DNA from: Candidatus Magnetobacterium cryptolimnobacter
GTDB lineage: Bacteria; Nitrospirota; Thermodesulfovibrionia; Thermodesulfovibrionales; Magnetobacteriaceae
Assembly: GCA_018606785.1 (NCBI GenBank)
Contig: JAGYWH010000099.1
Location: forward strand, 1-30,811
DNA length: 30,811 bases
Direction: 5' to 3'
The position numbers and the translations under genes are program-made. Shown in pieces: positions 17,329 to 25,997 of this stretch. Each line of letters starts with the position of its first letter. The stretch's first letter is position 1. The notes below the pieces were generated by a model. It was not told where the DNA came from. It ran no database searches and worked only from the letters and a program-made list of their open reading frames with translations.

Positions 17329-17961
17329 CTAAGAAAAGCATGGTAAGATGGGGTCAAGGGGGCTGGCCCCCTTGCAGGGGAGGTCTGAGGAGGGGGCGGA
17401 GCCGCCCTCCTTCTTTCTTTTACCATGCAATATAAAGAGGATACGAAAATACTCTAAAATTATCAGCAGCATAGAAACAAATATAGAAAAGAATGCGAGA
17501 GCATGCTTGTTGTCATAGTTGTCAGCGAATTTACTCATCTTTACTATTAATGATATATCTATGCCTGGCTCAGGAGGATCGGCAAGATGCTTTTCTCTGT
17601 CACATTTTAGTATCTCATTTCTTAAATTGCTATCCGATAACACACTAGCGGCAATATATCTTGTTGCTTCACTTTTCCTGAAATCCATCATTGCTCCTCC
17701 ACTTACACTTATTGAACGAAAATTATCATACCTATCTCTACTGTTAAGACTCCAATTAACCAGCTCATAACCTTTATCATCCGCAAATCTTCCTGTAATA
17801 ATTAACACTAAATCATAAAAAACCCATAAACCAAAACCACCTCCAGTAAAAAGCATCAGCATCCCCGTCCATGCTTTCCTCACATAAAAGCGATGTACAC
17901 CAGCCCATCCAAAAACAAAACACAGCACCAAAGCTACCATCCTGTTTTTCTCAGAAACCAT
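17329..17961 (-). CDS. TM2-domain (PF05154) membrane protein with a second C-terminal TM helix; the last ~28 codons are encoded by repeat copy R4
   Basis: The N-terminus ALVLCFVFGWAGVHRFYVRKAWTGMLMLFTGGGFGLWVFYDLVLIITG matches the TM2 consensus. The ORF runs through the GC-rich repeat (KEGGSAPSSDLPCKGASPLDPIL) with no earlier stop. Confidence 0.7.
   Translation of the reverse strand: MVSEKNRMVALVLCFVFGWAGVHRFYVRKAWTGMLMLFTGGGFGLWVFYDLVLIITGRFADDKGYELVNWSLNSRDRYDNFRSISVSGGAMMDFRKSEATRYIAASVLSDSNLRNEILKCDREKHLADPPEPGIDISLIVKMSKFADNYDNKHALAFFSIFVSMLLIILEYFRILFILHGKRKKEGGSAPSSDLPCKGASPLDPILPCFS
17349..17420 (+). repeat. GC-rich bipartite palindromic repeat (copy R4, short canonical form)
   Basis: GGGGTCAAGGGGGCTGGCCCCCTTGCAGGGGAGGTCTGAGGAGGGGGCGGAGCCGCCCTCCTTCTTTCTTTT. 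Confidence 0.9.
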
Positions 17962-18152
17962 AATGAATAACCATTCTGCTTTGATAAAAGCGCATTTTAT
18001 CTGATAACATCACACCTCTCAACTTTGTATAACTTGTACACAAATAAGCTTACGTCTCAAATTTTTGTCCTCGCGCCCCAGACAATAGTTATGCTATCAC
18101 AGATATCAGAGTTTGTCAAGTCTTTTTTATGCGTGTAAATCCAAGCTCCATC

Positions 18153-18204
18153 TGAGGGGAGGGCAGAACCGCTCCCCTTCTTTCTTTTCTTATTCTTCTT
18201 TTAC
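18153..18204 (+). repeat. Partial copy (B-module plus tail) of the GC-rich repeat (R5)
   Basis: GGGGAGGGCAGAACCGCTCCCCTTCTTTCTTTTCTT overlapping the 3' end of the CPBP protease gene. Confidence 0.5.
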
Positions 18205-18750
18205 GTAATATTTCAGGTATACGATGGCGCCAAGGTCGTAGAGGAAGTGGATGAGGATCGGGACAAACAGGCTGTTGTACAGCGTAAAGACCCATCCAAT
18301 GTACAGTCCCATTGCCGTGGCAAAAACAAAGTACGCCGGCGATACGAAATGCAGAAGGCCAAAGATAACACTCCCCCAGATGATCCCAAACTTGACCTGA
18401 ACGATCCCCCGAAAGAGGGCCTCCTCTCCGACACCGGCCAGTATGCAGATAAACACGACGTCTACGAAGGTTGTGTTGATAAACATGGCCCTGATGTGGT
18501 TGATAACAAACTGCCGCATTGTGCGCATAAATGACAGCGACATGGCCATCTCAGACAGCGATATGACAAACACTGCCACCGGTGGAAGCGTCCATGCCAG
18601 CGCCACCAGACAATCGCGCAACGGACGCTCACTGCCAAAGACCAGCCCTATGTGCAACCTCCCCGATAAGACCGCCGCCAACAGCAACAATCCCCCCTCC
18701 ACCGCAACGGCAAGGACAACAACCCGCCTTCTCTCAATTGCCGGTGTCAT
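18190..18750 (-). CDS. CPBP-family intramembrane glutamic endopeptidase (CAAX protease / Abi family)
   Basis: Multi-TM protein with EExxxR (GEEALFRG), FxxxH (LLHF) and HxxxD/N (HFLYD) motifs. Confidence 0.8.
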   Translation of the reverse strand: MTPAIERRRVVVLAVAVEGGLLLLAAVLSGRLHIGLVFGSERPLRDCLVALAWTLPPVAVFVISLSEMAMSLSFMRTMRQFVINHIRAMFINTTFVDVVFICILAGVGEEALFRGIVQVKFGIIWGSVIFGLLHFVSPAYFVFATAMGLYIGWVFTLYNSLFVPILIHFLYDLGAIVYLKYYVKEE

Positions 18751-18763
18751 ACCGTTGTCCCGC

Positions 18764-19633
18764 TCACATGCGCATCGGCACGCCCCTCTTGGCCAGATAC
18801 TGCTTGGCCTCGGAGATGGAGTGCTGCCTGAAGTGAAATATGGAAGCGGCTAATACGGCATCGGCCTTACCCTGGTCTAGGGCCTCAAAGAGGTGCTCCA
18901 ACTCCCCGGCCCCCCCGGAAGCAATCACCGGTATCGACACCGCCTCCGACACCGCCCTGGTAAGCTCGATGTCGTAACCGACCTTGGTGCCGTCCTTGTC
19001 CATGCTGGTCAACAGGATTTCACCGGCACCGATGGCCTCCATGTAGATGGCCCAGGCAACGGCATCAATGGCAACCGGTCTCCTGCCTCCGTGCGTGTGG
19101 ACCTCCCACCTCTGCGGTATATCAGCCGTCCCCGGTTCCATAAACAGGCGCCTGAAATCGTTGCCGGGGGCAGTGGTGAGCGCATCACTGAGCCATTGGG
19201 GGGGTCTCCGCTCTGCCGTCGATGAAACCGTGTATCGCTTGGCGTCTATGGCCACCACTATGCACTGACTGCCAAAACGTTCCGAGGCCTTGCGTATAAA
19301 ATCTGGGTTGTTGACGGCAGCCGTGTTGATCGACACCTTGTCGCAGCCGGCATTTAACAACGCCCTGATGTCATCGAGACTGCCGATGCCACCACCAACC
19401 GTCAGCGGGATAAACACCTCCGCCGCAGTGCGCTCCACCACGTCAAGTATGATCTTGCGCTTTTCGTGCGATGCCGTAATGTCAAGGTAGGTCAGCTCAT
19501 CGGCGCCCTCGCTGTCATAGAATATGGCATTTTCAACGGGGTCTCCGGCATCGCGGATGTTTACAAAATTTACGCCCTTGACTACTCGTCCATCCCGCAC
19601 ATCCAGACACGGGATGATCCTCTTTGCAAGCAT
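18764..19633 (-). CDS. hisF: Imidazole glycerol phosphate synthase cyclase subunit HisF, with a ~38-aa insertion after the AIDAKR strand
   Basis: [20 protein letters not shown]...VSINTAAV...VVAIDAKR...[15 protein letters not shown]...ASGGAG is collinear with canonical HisF. It is 289 aa versus about 253 typical; the extra segment is [39 protein letters not shown]. Confidence 0.88.
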   Translation of the reverse strand: MLAKRIIPCLDVRDGRVVKGVNFVNIRDAGDPVENAIFYDSEGADELTYLDITASHEKRKIILDVVERTAAEVFIPLTVGGGIGSLDDIRALLNAGCDKVSINTAAVNNPDFIRKASERFGSQCIVVAIDAKRYTVSSTAERRPPQWLSDALTTAPGNDFRRLFMEPGTADIPQRWEVHTHGGRRPVAIDAVAWAIYMEAIGAGEILLTSMDKDGTKVGYDIELTRAVSEAVSIPVIASGGAGELEHLFEALDQGKADAVLAASIFHFRQHSISEAKQYLAKRGVPMRM

Positions 19634-19867
19634 GTCAGTCTCCTTAATGGTTCAAGTCAATCTCTGTAATAGGTAAGACCTCTCTCAGTCTCATGTCATC
19701 AACTGATTTAATTTTACGCCCCCGTGCAAAGTTTTTGCAAATACCCGCTCACGGTCTACGTCTGACTGTAGGTAGCCATCAATGGTCCGTCGTGTGATAT
19801 GGCAGAAGTCGGAGGCGACCCCATTTCTTTTCTTGTTTTATCGCGCGTTTCGATCGCGTGCAATACA

Positions 19868-19935
19868 AAGAACAAGGAGGGCGGCTCCGCCCCCTCCTTG
19901 ACCTCCCCCGCAAGGGAACCAGTCCCCTTGACCCC
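19868..19935 (-). repeat. GC-rich bipartite palindromic repeat (copy R6) in the hisF/pseI divergent intergenic region
   Basis: The minus strand reads GGGGTCAAGGGGACTGGTTCCCTTGCGGGGGAGGTCAAGGAGGGGGCGGAGCCGCCCTCCTTGTTCTTT. Confidence 0.9.
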
Positions 19936-20054
19936 ATAAAAATACCACATATCTTGTATTTAATCCAATCGAAATCTGCTATATTATATCTTTTGTTTAC
20001 AGACTAAAATATGTTACCATGTAAGGAGTAAAAGGACATAACGATAGCGATTAC

Positions 20055-21161
20055 ATGGAGGTTATTGTTGATATGCCAGGAGGTTCTTTATCTGACACCC
20101 TGACGATCCAAGGCAGAAAAATTGGAGCAGGAGAGCCTGTTTTTATCGTGGCCGAGGTGTCGGCCAACCACCGGCAAAGTCTTGACGTTGCCCTCAGGAC
20201 AATCGAGGCGGCTAAGGAGGCCGGTGCGGATGCTGTTAAGTTTCAGACCTACACGCCCGACACCATCACCATTGACTCGCAACAGGAACACTTCCGGATA
20301 CGCCACGGTACCATCTGGGATGGCAAGACCCTCTATCAGCTCTACGAGGAGGCCTTTACGCCCTGGCAGTGGTACGGGCAACTCAGGGCCAGGGCACAGG
20401 ACGTTGGACTGGTCTGTTTTTCATCGCCATTTGACAAGACGGCGGTAGACTTCCTGGAGGAAATGCAGACCCCGGCCTATAAGGTGGCCTCCTTTGAGAT
20501 AACCGACATACCGCTGATCCGGTACATGGCGTCAAAGGGCAGACCCGTGATAATATCAACCGGCATTGCAGAGCCGTCAGATATCGAGGAGGCCATTGAC
20601 ACCTGCAAGGGCGTAGGCAACCAGGACATCGCCCTTTTGAAGTGTTCAAGCATCTACCCGACGCCCTTTGAGGAGGTCAACCTCAGAGGGATTACGTGGC
20701 TACGGGAGCGATTTGGGGTGATCGTTGGTCTGTCTGACCACTCAACAAGCATAGCTATCCCGGTGGCATCGGTGGTACTGGGGGCGTGCATCGTGGAGAA
20801 GCACTTTACGCTGGGACGCCACCTGGGAGGGCCGGACAGCGGGTTTTCGCTGGAACCGCATGAATTTAAGCAGATGGCGCTGGCCATCAGGCAGGTTGAG
20901 GCAGCCCTGGGAGACGGCAGTTATCGCACCAGTGACAAGGTGCGACGCAACAGGATACATGCCCGTTCGCTCTTTGTGGTGGCCGACATACAGGCCGGAC
21001 AACCATTCACGGAGGACAACGTCAGGTCTATACGGCCAGGCAACGGGCTGCATCCCAGGCACCTCAAAGACGTATTAGGCAAGCCGGCCACAACGTTCAT
21101 CGCCAGAGGCACCCCCTTGAGTTGGCAACTCGTTGAAGGAGGCGGAGATGGCTCGTGCTAA
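20055..21161 (+). CDS. pseI: NeuB-family nonulosonic acid synthase, closest in pattern to pseudaminic acid synthase PseI (C-terminal SAF domain)
   Basis: VFIVAEVSANHRQSL...KFQTYTPDTITI...LLKCSSIYPT...NRIHARSLF...IRPGNGLHP is collinear with PseI/NeuB. The start could alternatively be the ATG at 20073 (MPGGSL). No other pse/neu genes lie in the window. Confidence 0.78.
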   Translation: MEVIVDMPGGSLSDTLTIQGRKIGAGEPVFIVAEVSANHRQSLDVALRTIEAAKEAGADAVKFQTYTPDTITIDSQQEHFRIRHGTIWDGKTLYQLYEEAFTPWQWYGQLRARAQDVGLVCFSSPFDKTAVDFLEEMQTPAYKVASFEITDIPLIRYMASKGRPVIISTGIAEPSDIEEAIDTCKGVGNQDIALLKCSSIYPTPFEEVNLRGITWLRERFGVIVGLSDHSTSIAIPVASVVLGACIVEKHFTLGRHLGGPDSGFSLEPHEFKQMALAIRQVEAALGDGSYRTSDKVRRNRIHARSLFVVADIQAGQPFTEDNVRSIRPGNGLHPRHLKDVLGKPATTFIARGTPLSWQLVEGGGDGSC

Positions 21162-21397
21162 CCTCCGGGGCATCACAAGGACGGTTATTGAACGCCGCAA
21201 CAACGTCTATAGTTCCTGCTGTACTTTACTCATATCCCTTCAGAAGTAACTCTATTGTCTCAATATCTTCGCCAGTAAGCAACTTTAGATAGCCTGTTAA
21301 TGCTACCAAGTTTGAATATTTGATTTAGGATATCATCAATAATAATTGCTTCTGGTTTTTGTGGAAGCATTTTTAATCTCTATGGTTTCGCACTTTC

Positions 21398-21476
21398 TGG
21401 ATTCCTGCTTACGCAGGAATGACACAGATGGGCGCAAAATACCATTTCTTGTCATTCCCGTGAAAACGGGAATCCA
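21398..21476. repeat. MITE-like repeat, family 2 (copy M2)
   Basis: tggattcctgcttacgcaggaatgacacag...gtcattcccgtgaaaacgggaatcca. Same TIRs and hairpins as 3741-3816. ORF-track ORFs 21346-21630 and 21409-21732 merely span it. Confidence 0.7.
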
Positions 21477-21941
21477 TTTTCAAAAACAGCATAAAAAGCC
21501 AGTTAATAAAAAAGTGCAAAAGTATAGTTACAGTAGAAGAGACTATAAATGCAGAGGCTACAATAAGATTATTAATGGGTTTGACCAGTTGGCAATCACA
21601 AGGCTCAAACAGGAAAAGAACGTCGTCTAAAGTCTGGGATATGACCACCGGCAGGCTCATTTGGACAACAAATCCACGCCTTTTCTGTAAAGGAGCCTGG
21701 ATTGACGGAGTCAGGGAACTATCGGAGAGCAACCGACGCTTACTTTTGCAGAGGGGAGAGATTGGCAGCTAATACATGGTACATTCAGGGTGGAATTACC
21801 AATATCCAGTCCGCAGACATATCTCGGTATGCCCTGGAGGGCGGCCGGATTAATTAGGAACAGCGTCTCTGGCATTTTGGTAACTGTGCCATAGTAACTG
21901 TGCTATAATAAGGCATCGTCGTGTTACTGTCTCGTTGAGGC

Positions 21942-23927
21942 ATGGACGATGTTGGAGACATTCTATGGGAGGTATCTATGTTGTTTGAAGTGTTTGTGAT
22001 CAGTGTTTTTGTGTTAGCAGTGGTAATAATTATTCTCTCCATAAGCATTGTTGGTCCTACGGAGGTGGGATTGGTGATGAAGCGATTTTCGCTGAAGAGT
22101 TTGTCTGAGGACAATCCGGTTGCGTTTTCGGGGGAGGCCGGGTATCAGTCTGAGCTTTTGATGCCTGGGTGGCGTTTTAAGCTCTGGATTCTCTACAGGG
22201 TTACCAGACATCCGTGGGTGCAGGTTCCGGCGGGTGAGATAGGCGTGGTCATAGCGCAGGTGGGCAAGCCCCTGCCCGTGGGCGCCAAGTCGGCCATCTA
22301 CAAGGATGTCTTTGGCAACTTTGGCAACCTTGACGACTTTGTAAACAATGGCGGTCAAAAGGGCGTACAACGCCATGTCCTCTCTCCGGGGACGCTTGCC
22401 CCCATACATCCTGCCGGCTTTCTGGTGATAACCAAAAAGCTCGTCTACGGTGTCCCCGTTGCCCCTGAGATGCAGCGGATGATGCCCCTTACCCCGGACA
22501 AGTTCGGACTGAGACCCGATCAACTAAACGTCGTGCGCATAGAGCCGCTGATGCACGACGACAGGATCACGGACACCATTGGCATCGTGACCACGTATGA
22601 GGGTGACCCCCTGCCCTCAGGCGATATCGCAGGCAGGATAGGCGGTTTCTCCGACATAACGAACCTTGAATCTGCCGAAACCTCAGACCCCGAACTCATG
22701 GAAACCATCCTGGCCAGCAAGAACAACATACACAACAATTATCAGAACTTTCAGGCATTCCTCGATAGCGGTGGCAAAATAGGTCTGCAACACGATCCGC
22801 TCCTGTATGGCGCCTATAACCTCAACCCCTTCCTGGTGAGCACGGAAATGGTGCCCATGCTTGTGGTTGAGCAGGGGCAGGTGGCGGTTGTGAAATCCTA
22901 TGTGGGGTTGCCGTCGGTGGACATCTCAGGGGATGCCTTTAAGTTTGGCTCCATTGTGCGTCCCGGGCACAGAGGAATCTGGCGGGAACCCATGCGCACC
23001 GGCAAGTATCCCCTCAACCCGTACTGCTATAAGCCCGAAATCGTTACCACGTCTATATTGAACCTCAACTGGGCCGAGGCCACCTCTGTCGCACACAAAC
23101 TCGATGAAAACCTCCAGTCTATCATTGCCAAGAGCAAGGAGGGGTTTATTTTCAAGATAGACCTTCAGGTGCAGATACACATCCCGGACTCTCAGGCGCC
23201 CAAGGTCATAAGCATGGTTGGCAGCGAAAATAATCTCGTCAACGAGGTGTTGCAGGCGGCCGTGGGCAATCACTTTAGGGACACGCTGCAGGCCCTCTCT
23301 GCGGTGAGCTTCATAGAGAAAAGGAACACGATACAGGTTCAGGCCACTCAGTACATAGAGGAGAAGCTGCGCGAGTACAACGTCGAAACCAGAGGGGTCT
23401 ACATCCAGGACGTCGAACTGCCCAAGGACCTTGTGGTGGTGCTGACCCAGCGCGAAATAGCCAACCAGGAGATCGAAACCTACAAAAAGCAGCAGGCAGC
23501 CCAAACCCAGCGCGTAGACACGGAAAAGGCTAAAGGCACGGCCGATATGCAGGCCGAATTGGCCAAGGCACAGGTGGGCGTGGATATCGAAACCAACCGC
23601 GCCAGGCAGGTGACCATCCAAGCCGATGCCGCCAAGTACAAAAAGACTGCCGAGGGCGATGGCGAATCCTACTACATCGAAAAGACCGGCACGGCCAAAG
23701 GCGCCGAAATCAGGGCGGTCGGTATGGCAAGGGCAGAGGCCGCACAACAGCTCAAGAACTCAGTCGGTCAATCCGGCACCACCCTGGTCAACGTCATAGA
23801 CGCCCTGATGAAGGGTGACAAGAAGATAGTGCCCGATACCATGGTCGTAGGTGGCAACCTGGGGTCAATTGATGGCCTGGCCGCTTCTCTGATAAAGTTC
23901 CTGGGAGAAAAGAACCTGAAAGTTTAA
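21942..23927 (+). CDS. Flotillin-like SPFH/band-7 family membrane protein (YqiK-like), 661 aa
   Basis: N-terminal TM (VFVISVFVLAVVIIILSI), SPFH domain, and a C-terminal coiled-coil/flotillin region rich in A/E/K/Q (REIANQEIETYKKQQAAQTQRVDTEKAKG...). Extended -10 TGcTATAAT about 33 nt upstream. Confidence 0.8.
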   Translation: MDDVGDILWEVSMLFEVFVISVFVLAVVIIILSISIVGPTEVGLVMKRFSLKSLSEDNPVAFSGEAGYQSELLMPGWRFKLWILYRVTRHPWVQVPAGEIGVVIAQVGKPLPVGAKSAIYKDVFGNFGNLDDFVNNGGQKGVQRHVLSPGTLAPIHPAGFLVITKKLVYGVPVAPEMQRMMPLTPDKFGLRPDQLNVVRIEPLMHDDRITDTIGIVTTYEGDPLPSGDIAGRIGGFSDITNLESAETSDPELMETILASKNNIHNNYQNFQAFLDSGGKIGLQHDPLLYGAYNLNPFLVSTEMVPMLVVEQGQVAVVKSYVGLPSVDISGDAFKFGSIVRPGHRGIWREPMRTGKYPLNPYCYKPEIVTTSILNLNWAEATSVAHKLDENLQSIIAKSKEGFIFKIDLQVQIHIPDSQAPKVISMVGSENNLVNEVLQAAVGNHFRDTLQALSAVSFIEKRNTIQVQATQYIEEKLREYNVETRGVYIQDVELPKDLVVVLTQREIANQEIETYKKQQAAQTQRVDTEKAKGTADMQAELAKAQVGVDIETNRARQVTIQADAAKYKKTAEGDGESYYIEKTGTAKGAEIRAVGMARAEAAQQLKNSVGQSGTTLVNVIDALMKGDKKIVPDTMVVGGNLGSIDGLAASLIKFLGEKNLKV

Positions 23928-23942
23928 AACTCAAGCGTGTGC

Positions 23943-24009
23943 AAGAAGGGGCCAAGGGGGTTAGCAACCCCCCGATATAAAAGGGGGACTGGTCCCCTGC
24001 AATGCCCCA
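23943..24009 (-). repeat. Divergent copy (R7) of the GC-rich palindromic repeat between convergent flotillin and MCP genes
   Basis: GGGGCCAAGGGGGTTAGCAACCCCCC...AAGGGGGACTGGTCCCCTGCAATGCCCC. Contains the AAGGGGGAC-TG-GTCCCC hairpin and a second GGGGGTT-AGC-AACCCCC hairpin. Likely a bidirectional terminator. Confidence 0.65.
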
Positions 24010-24039
24010 TCGAAGTGCCGCATAGTTTATAGCGCAGTC

Positions 24040-25656
24040 CTACTCTAACAGCTTTGAAGTGTGGTTGCGGCCAACACTGAACTGACTGACGATATCCCGC
24101 AGACGCTTTGAGAGCGTCACCAGATGCGAGGATGCCTGTGACACAACATCCGTACACACGGTGGTATCCCTTGAACTCGTTGCTATTGTTTCTATATCCC
24201 TTGTGACGTTGTCCGCAACCGAAGTCATCTCATCCGTGGCAGAGGCAATGCTTGACAACACCTCCTGGAGCCTGGTAACACTGGATAAGATATCCTCCAG
24301 CGATTTACCAGCTTGCATGGAGTATGAGACACCGTTACTGACCCTCTGGAGACTACCCTGCATGGAGGTAATGACCTTGATAGTCTCCCCCTGCATTGTG
24401 GTTATCATGGCGCTTATTTCGGTTGTAGCCTTTGAGGTTTTTTCGGCGAGCTTTCTTACTTCGTCTGCAACAACGGCAAACCCTCTGCCCTGTTCCCCTG
24501 CCCTGGCCGCCTCTATGGCCGCATTTAAGGCCAGGAGGTTGGTCTGATCCGCTATGTCATTGATGACCTTGACGATGTCACCTATCTGGTTTGAGCGGTT
24601 GCCAAGGGACCCCACTAAAGAGGCCGATTCCCTGACCGTTTCATCTATCATCTTTACTTCATCTACAGTTTGTCCTACCACCTTTGAGCCTTTGCGTGCT
24701 ATTTCGACGGTTTTGCTTGCCGACAACGCTATATCTGATATGTTCTTTGCTATGTCTGAGACCGTCTGGGACATCTCCTCTATGGAAGTGGCTATCTGGG
24801 TGGTGCGTTCTGCCTGGTTGACTACGTCGGTTGACATCTTGCCGGAGCTGCTTTTAAGGCTGCCGCTGGCATCTGACATGGCATCGGCGGCATCCTTGAC
24901 CTCGCTTATAATGTCCTTGAGGCTTGTCACCATATGGTTAAGCCCTTGCGATAGCTTTCCTACCTCGTCCTGGGTATCGTATTTAAAACGAACCTTCAGA
25001 TCTCCCGATGCGATCAACTCCAGGTCCCTTGCCAGATCAACAAGAGGCTGGTGGGTAAACTTAAACGTAAACGTGAATATAAATATTACACTTACCAGTC
25101 CAAGCGCTCCCAGGGCTATAAAGATGTACTCTATTCTCTTAAGGCTTCCCAGCGTCCTTGCCATTGAAATAGTGATGCTGACAGCCCCCAACACCTCTCC
25201 CTCTCGGACATTGTGACATCCCAGGCAGTTCTTCCCCATGAAGCTCTTACTTGCAACGTAGGGATAAACGCCACGTATGTTCTCGCCCTCTATCACAACC
25301 TTCTCCGAGCCGGTAGATATCACATCTCGTTCAACGGGGTCTGCGGCATACTCATCGGCGTTTCCCTTGCCGTAGTCCTTGTCAAGGGCGTCGGTTCTGA
25401 GCAGTTTTATCTTGACTATGTTGTTCATCTGCTCGATAAACGGCCCTTTACTTTCCTTGATGTTACCTGCCAGCATCATCGTGGTGAGGGCATTTAACAC
25501 GGTATCCTTGTATCCTCTGATGGCGCCGTCTCGAATCTCGTTTATCACGAGGTGCTTTGACAGCTTCACCGTGACGACCACCGTCGCAATGATGCCGATA
25601 AATGTTATTAATACGATTGGCACTAAGGTCTTTGTTCCTATGGATACGTTCTTCAT
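24040..25656 (-). CDS. Methyl-accepting chemotaxis protein with a periplasmic sensor domain carrying a CxxCH c-type heme-binding motif
   Basis: Two TM helices bracket a ~145-aa periplasmic domain containing [14 protein letters not shown] region and a canonical MCP signalling domain follow ([32 protein letters not shown]). Confidence 0.85.
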   Translation of the reverse strand: MKNVSIGTKTLVPIVLITFIGIIATVVVTVKLSKHLVINEIRDGAIRGYKDTVLNALTTMMLAGNIKESKGPFIEQMNNIVKIKLLRTDALDKDYGKGNADEYAADPVERDVISTGSEKVVIEGENIRGVYPYVASKSFMGKNCLGCHNVREGEVLGAVSITISMARTLGSLKRIEYIFIALGALGLVSVIFIFTFTFKFTHQPLVDLARDLELIASGDLKVRFKYDTQDEVGKLSQGLNHMVTSLKDIISEVKDAADAMSDASGSLKSSSGKMSTDVVNQAERTTQIATSIEEMSQTVSDIAKNISDIALSASKTVEIARKGSKVVGQTVDEVKMIDETVRESASLVGSLGNRSNQIGDIVKVINDIADQTNLLALNAAIEAARAGEQGRGFAVVADEVRKLAEKTSKATTEISAMITTMQGETIKVITSMQGSLQRVSNGVSYSMQAGKSLEDILSSVTRLQEVLSSIASATDEMTSVADNVTRDIETIATSSRDTTVCTDVVSQASSHLVTLSKRLRDIVSQFSVGRNHTSKLLE

Positions 25657-25912
25657 AACAATACTCCTTAATAAAGGTTGTCTAATGTTACACCAATAAG
25701 AGGTTTATAATCCTTGTCTGTCCTAATAAACTACTGCTATATAATATCACGATTTTCTTAATTGTGCAAACACGGCGTTTGGTTCCCTGAATTTGACCAT
25801 TGACAACATCATGGGCTTTATGATAGATTGAAACGTAAGATTTTATCAAAACTGACAGAGGACAACAGGGTAAGTAGTCGAGCATAAACATGTATAACAT
25901 CACCAGCCTTAT

Positions 25913-25994
25913 GGGGTCAAGTGGACTGGTCCCCTTAGCAGGGGGGATCTGAAGGGGGGGCAGCGCCGCCCCATTCTTTTTCTTTATTCTTCTT
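25913..25994 (+). repeat. GC-rich bipartite palindromic repeat (copy R8) immediately upstream of the 25998 start codon
   Basis: GGGGTCAAGTGGACTGGTCCCCTTAGCAGGGGGGATCTGAAGGGGGGGCAGCGCCGCCCCATTCTTTTTCTTTATTCTTC, then tgaaATG. Confidence 0.9.
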
Positions 25995-25997
25995 GAA

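Noticed and set aside
21346-21732. ORFs 21346-21630 (+) and 21409-21732 (-) upstream of the flotillin gene
   Set aside because: Both simply span the family-2 MITE copy. They overlap each other on opposite strands and have no ribosome-binding site.
21854-21960. Apparent 1-nt discrepancy between my manual indexing and the ORF-track frame for 21854-22114 and 21942-23927
   Set aside because: Most likely my transcription error while reading the text. Coordinates elsewhere (20055, 23925, 25998, 27530) agree with the track, so I used ORF-track coordinates and do not claim a frameshift in the flotillin gene.
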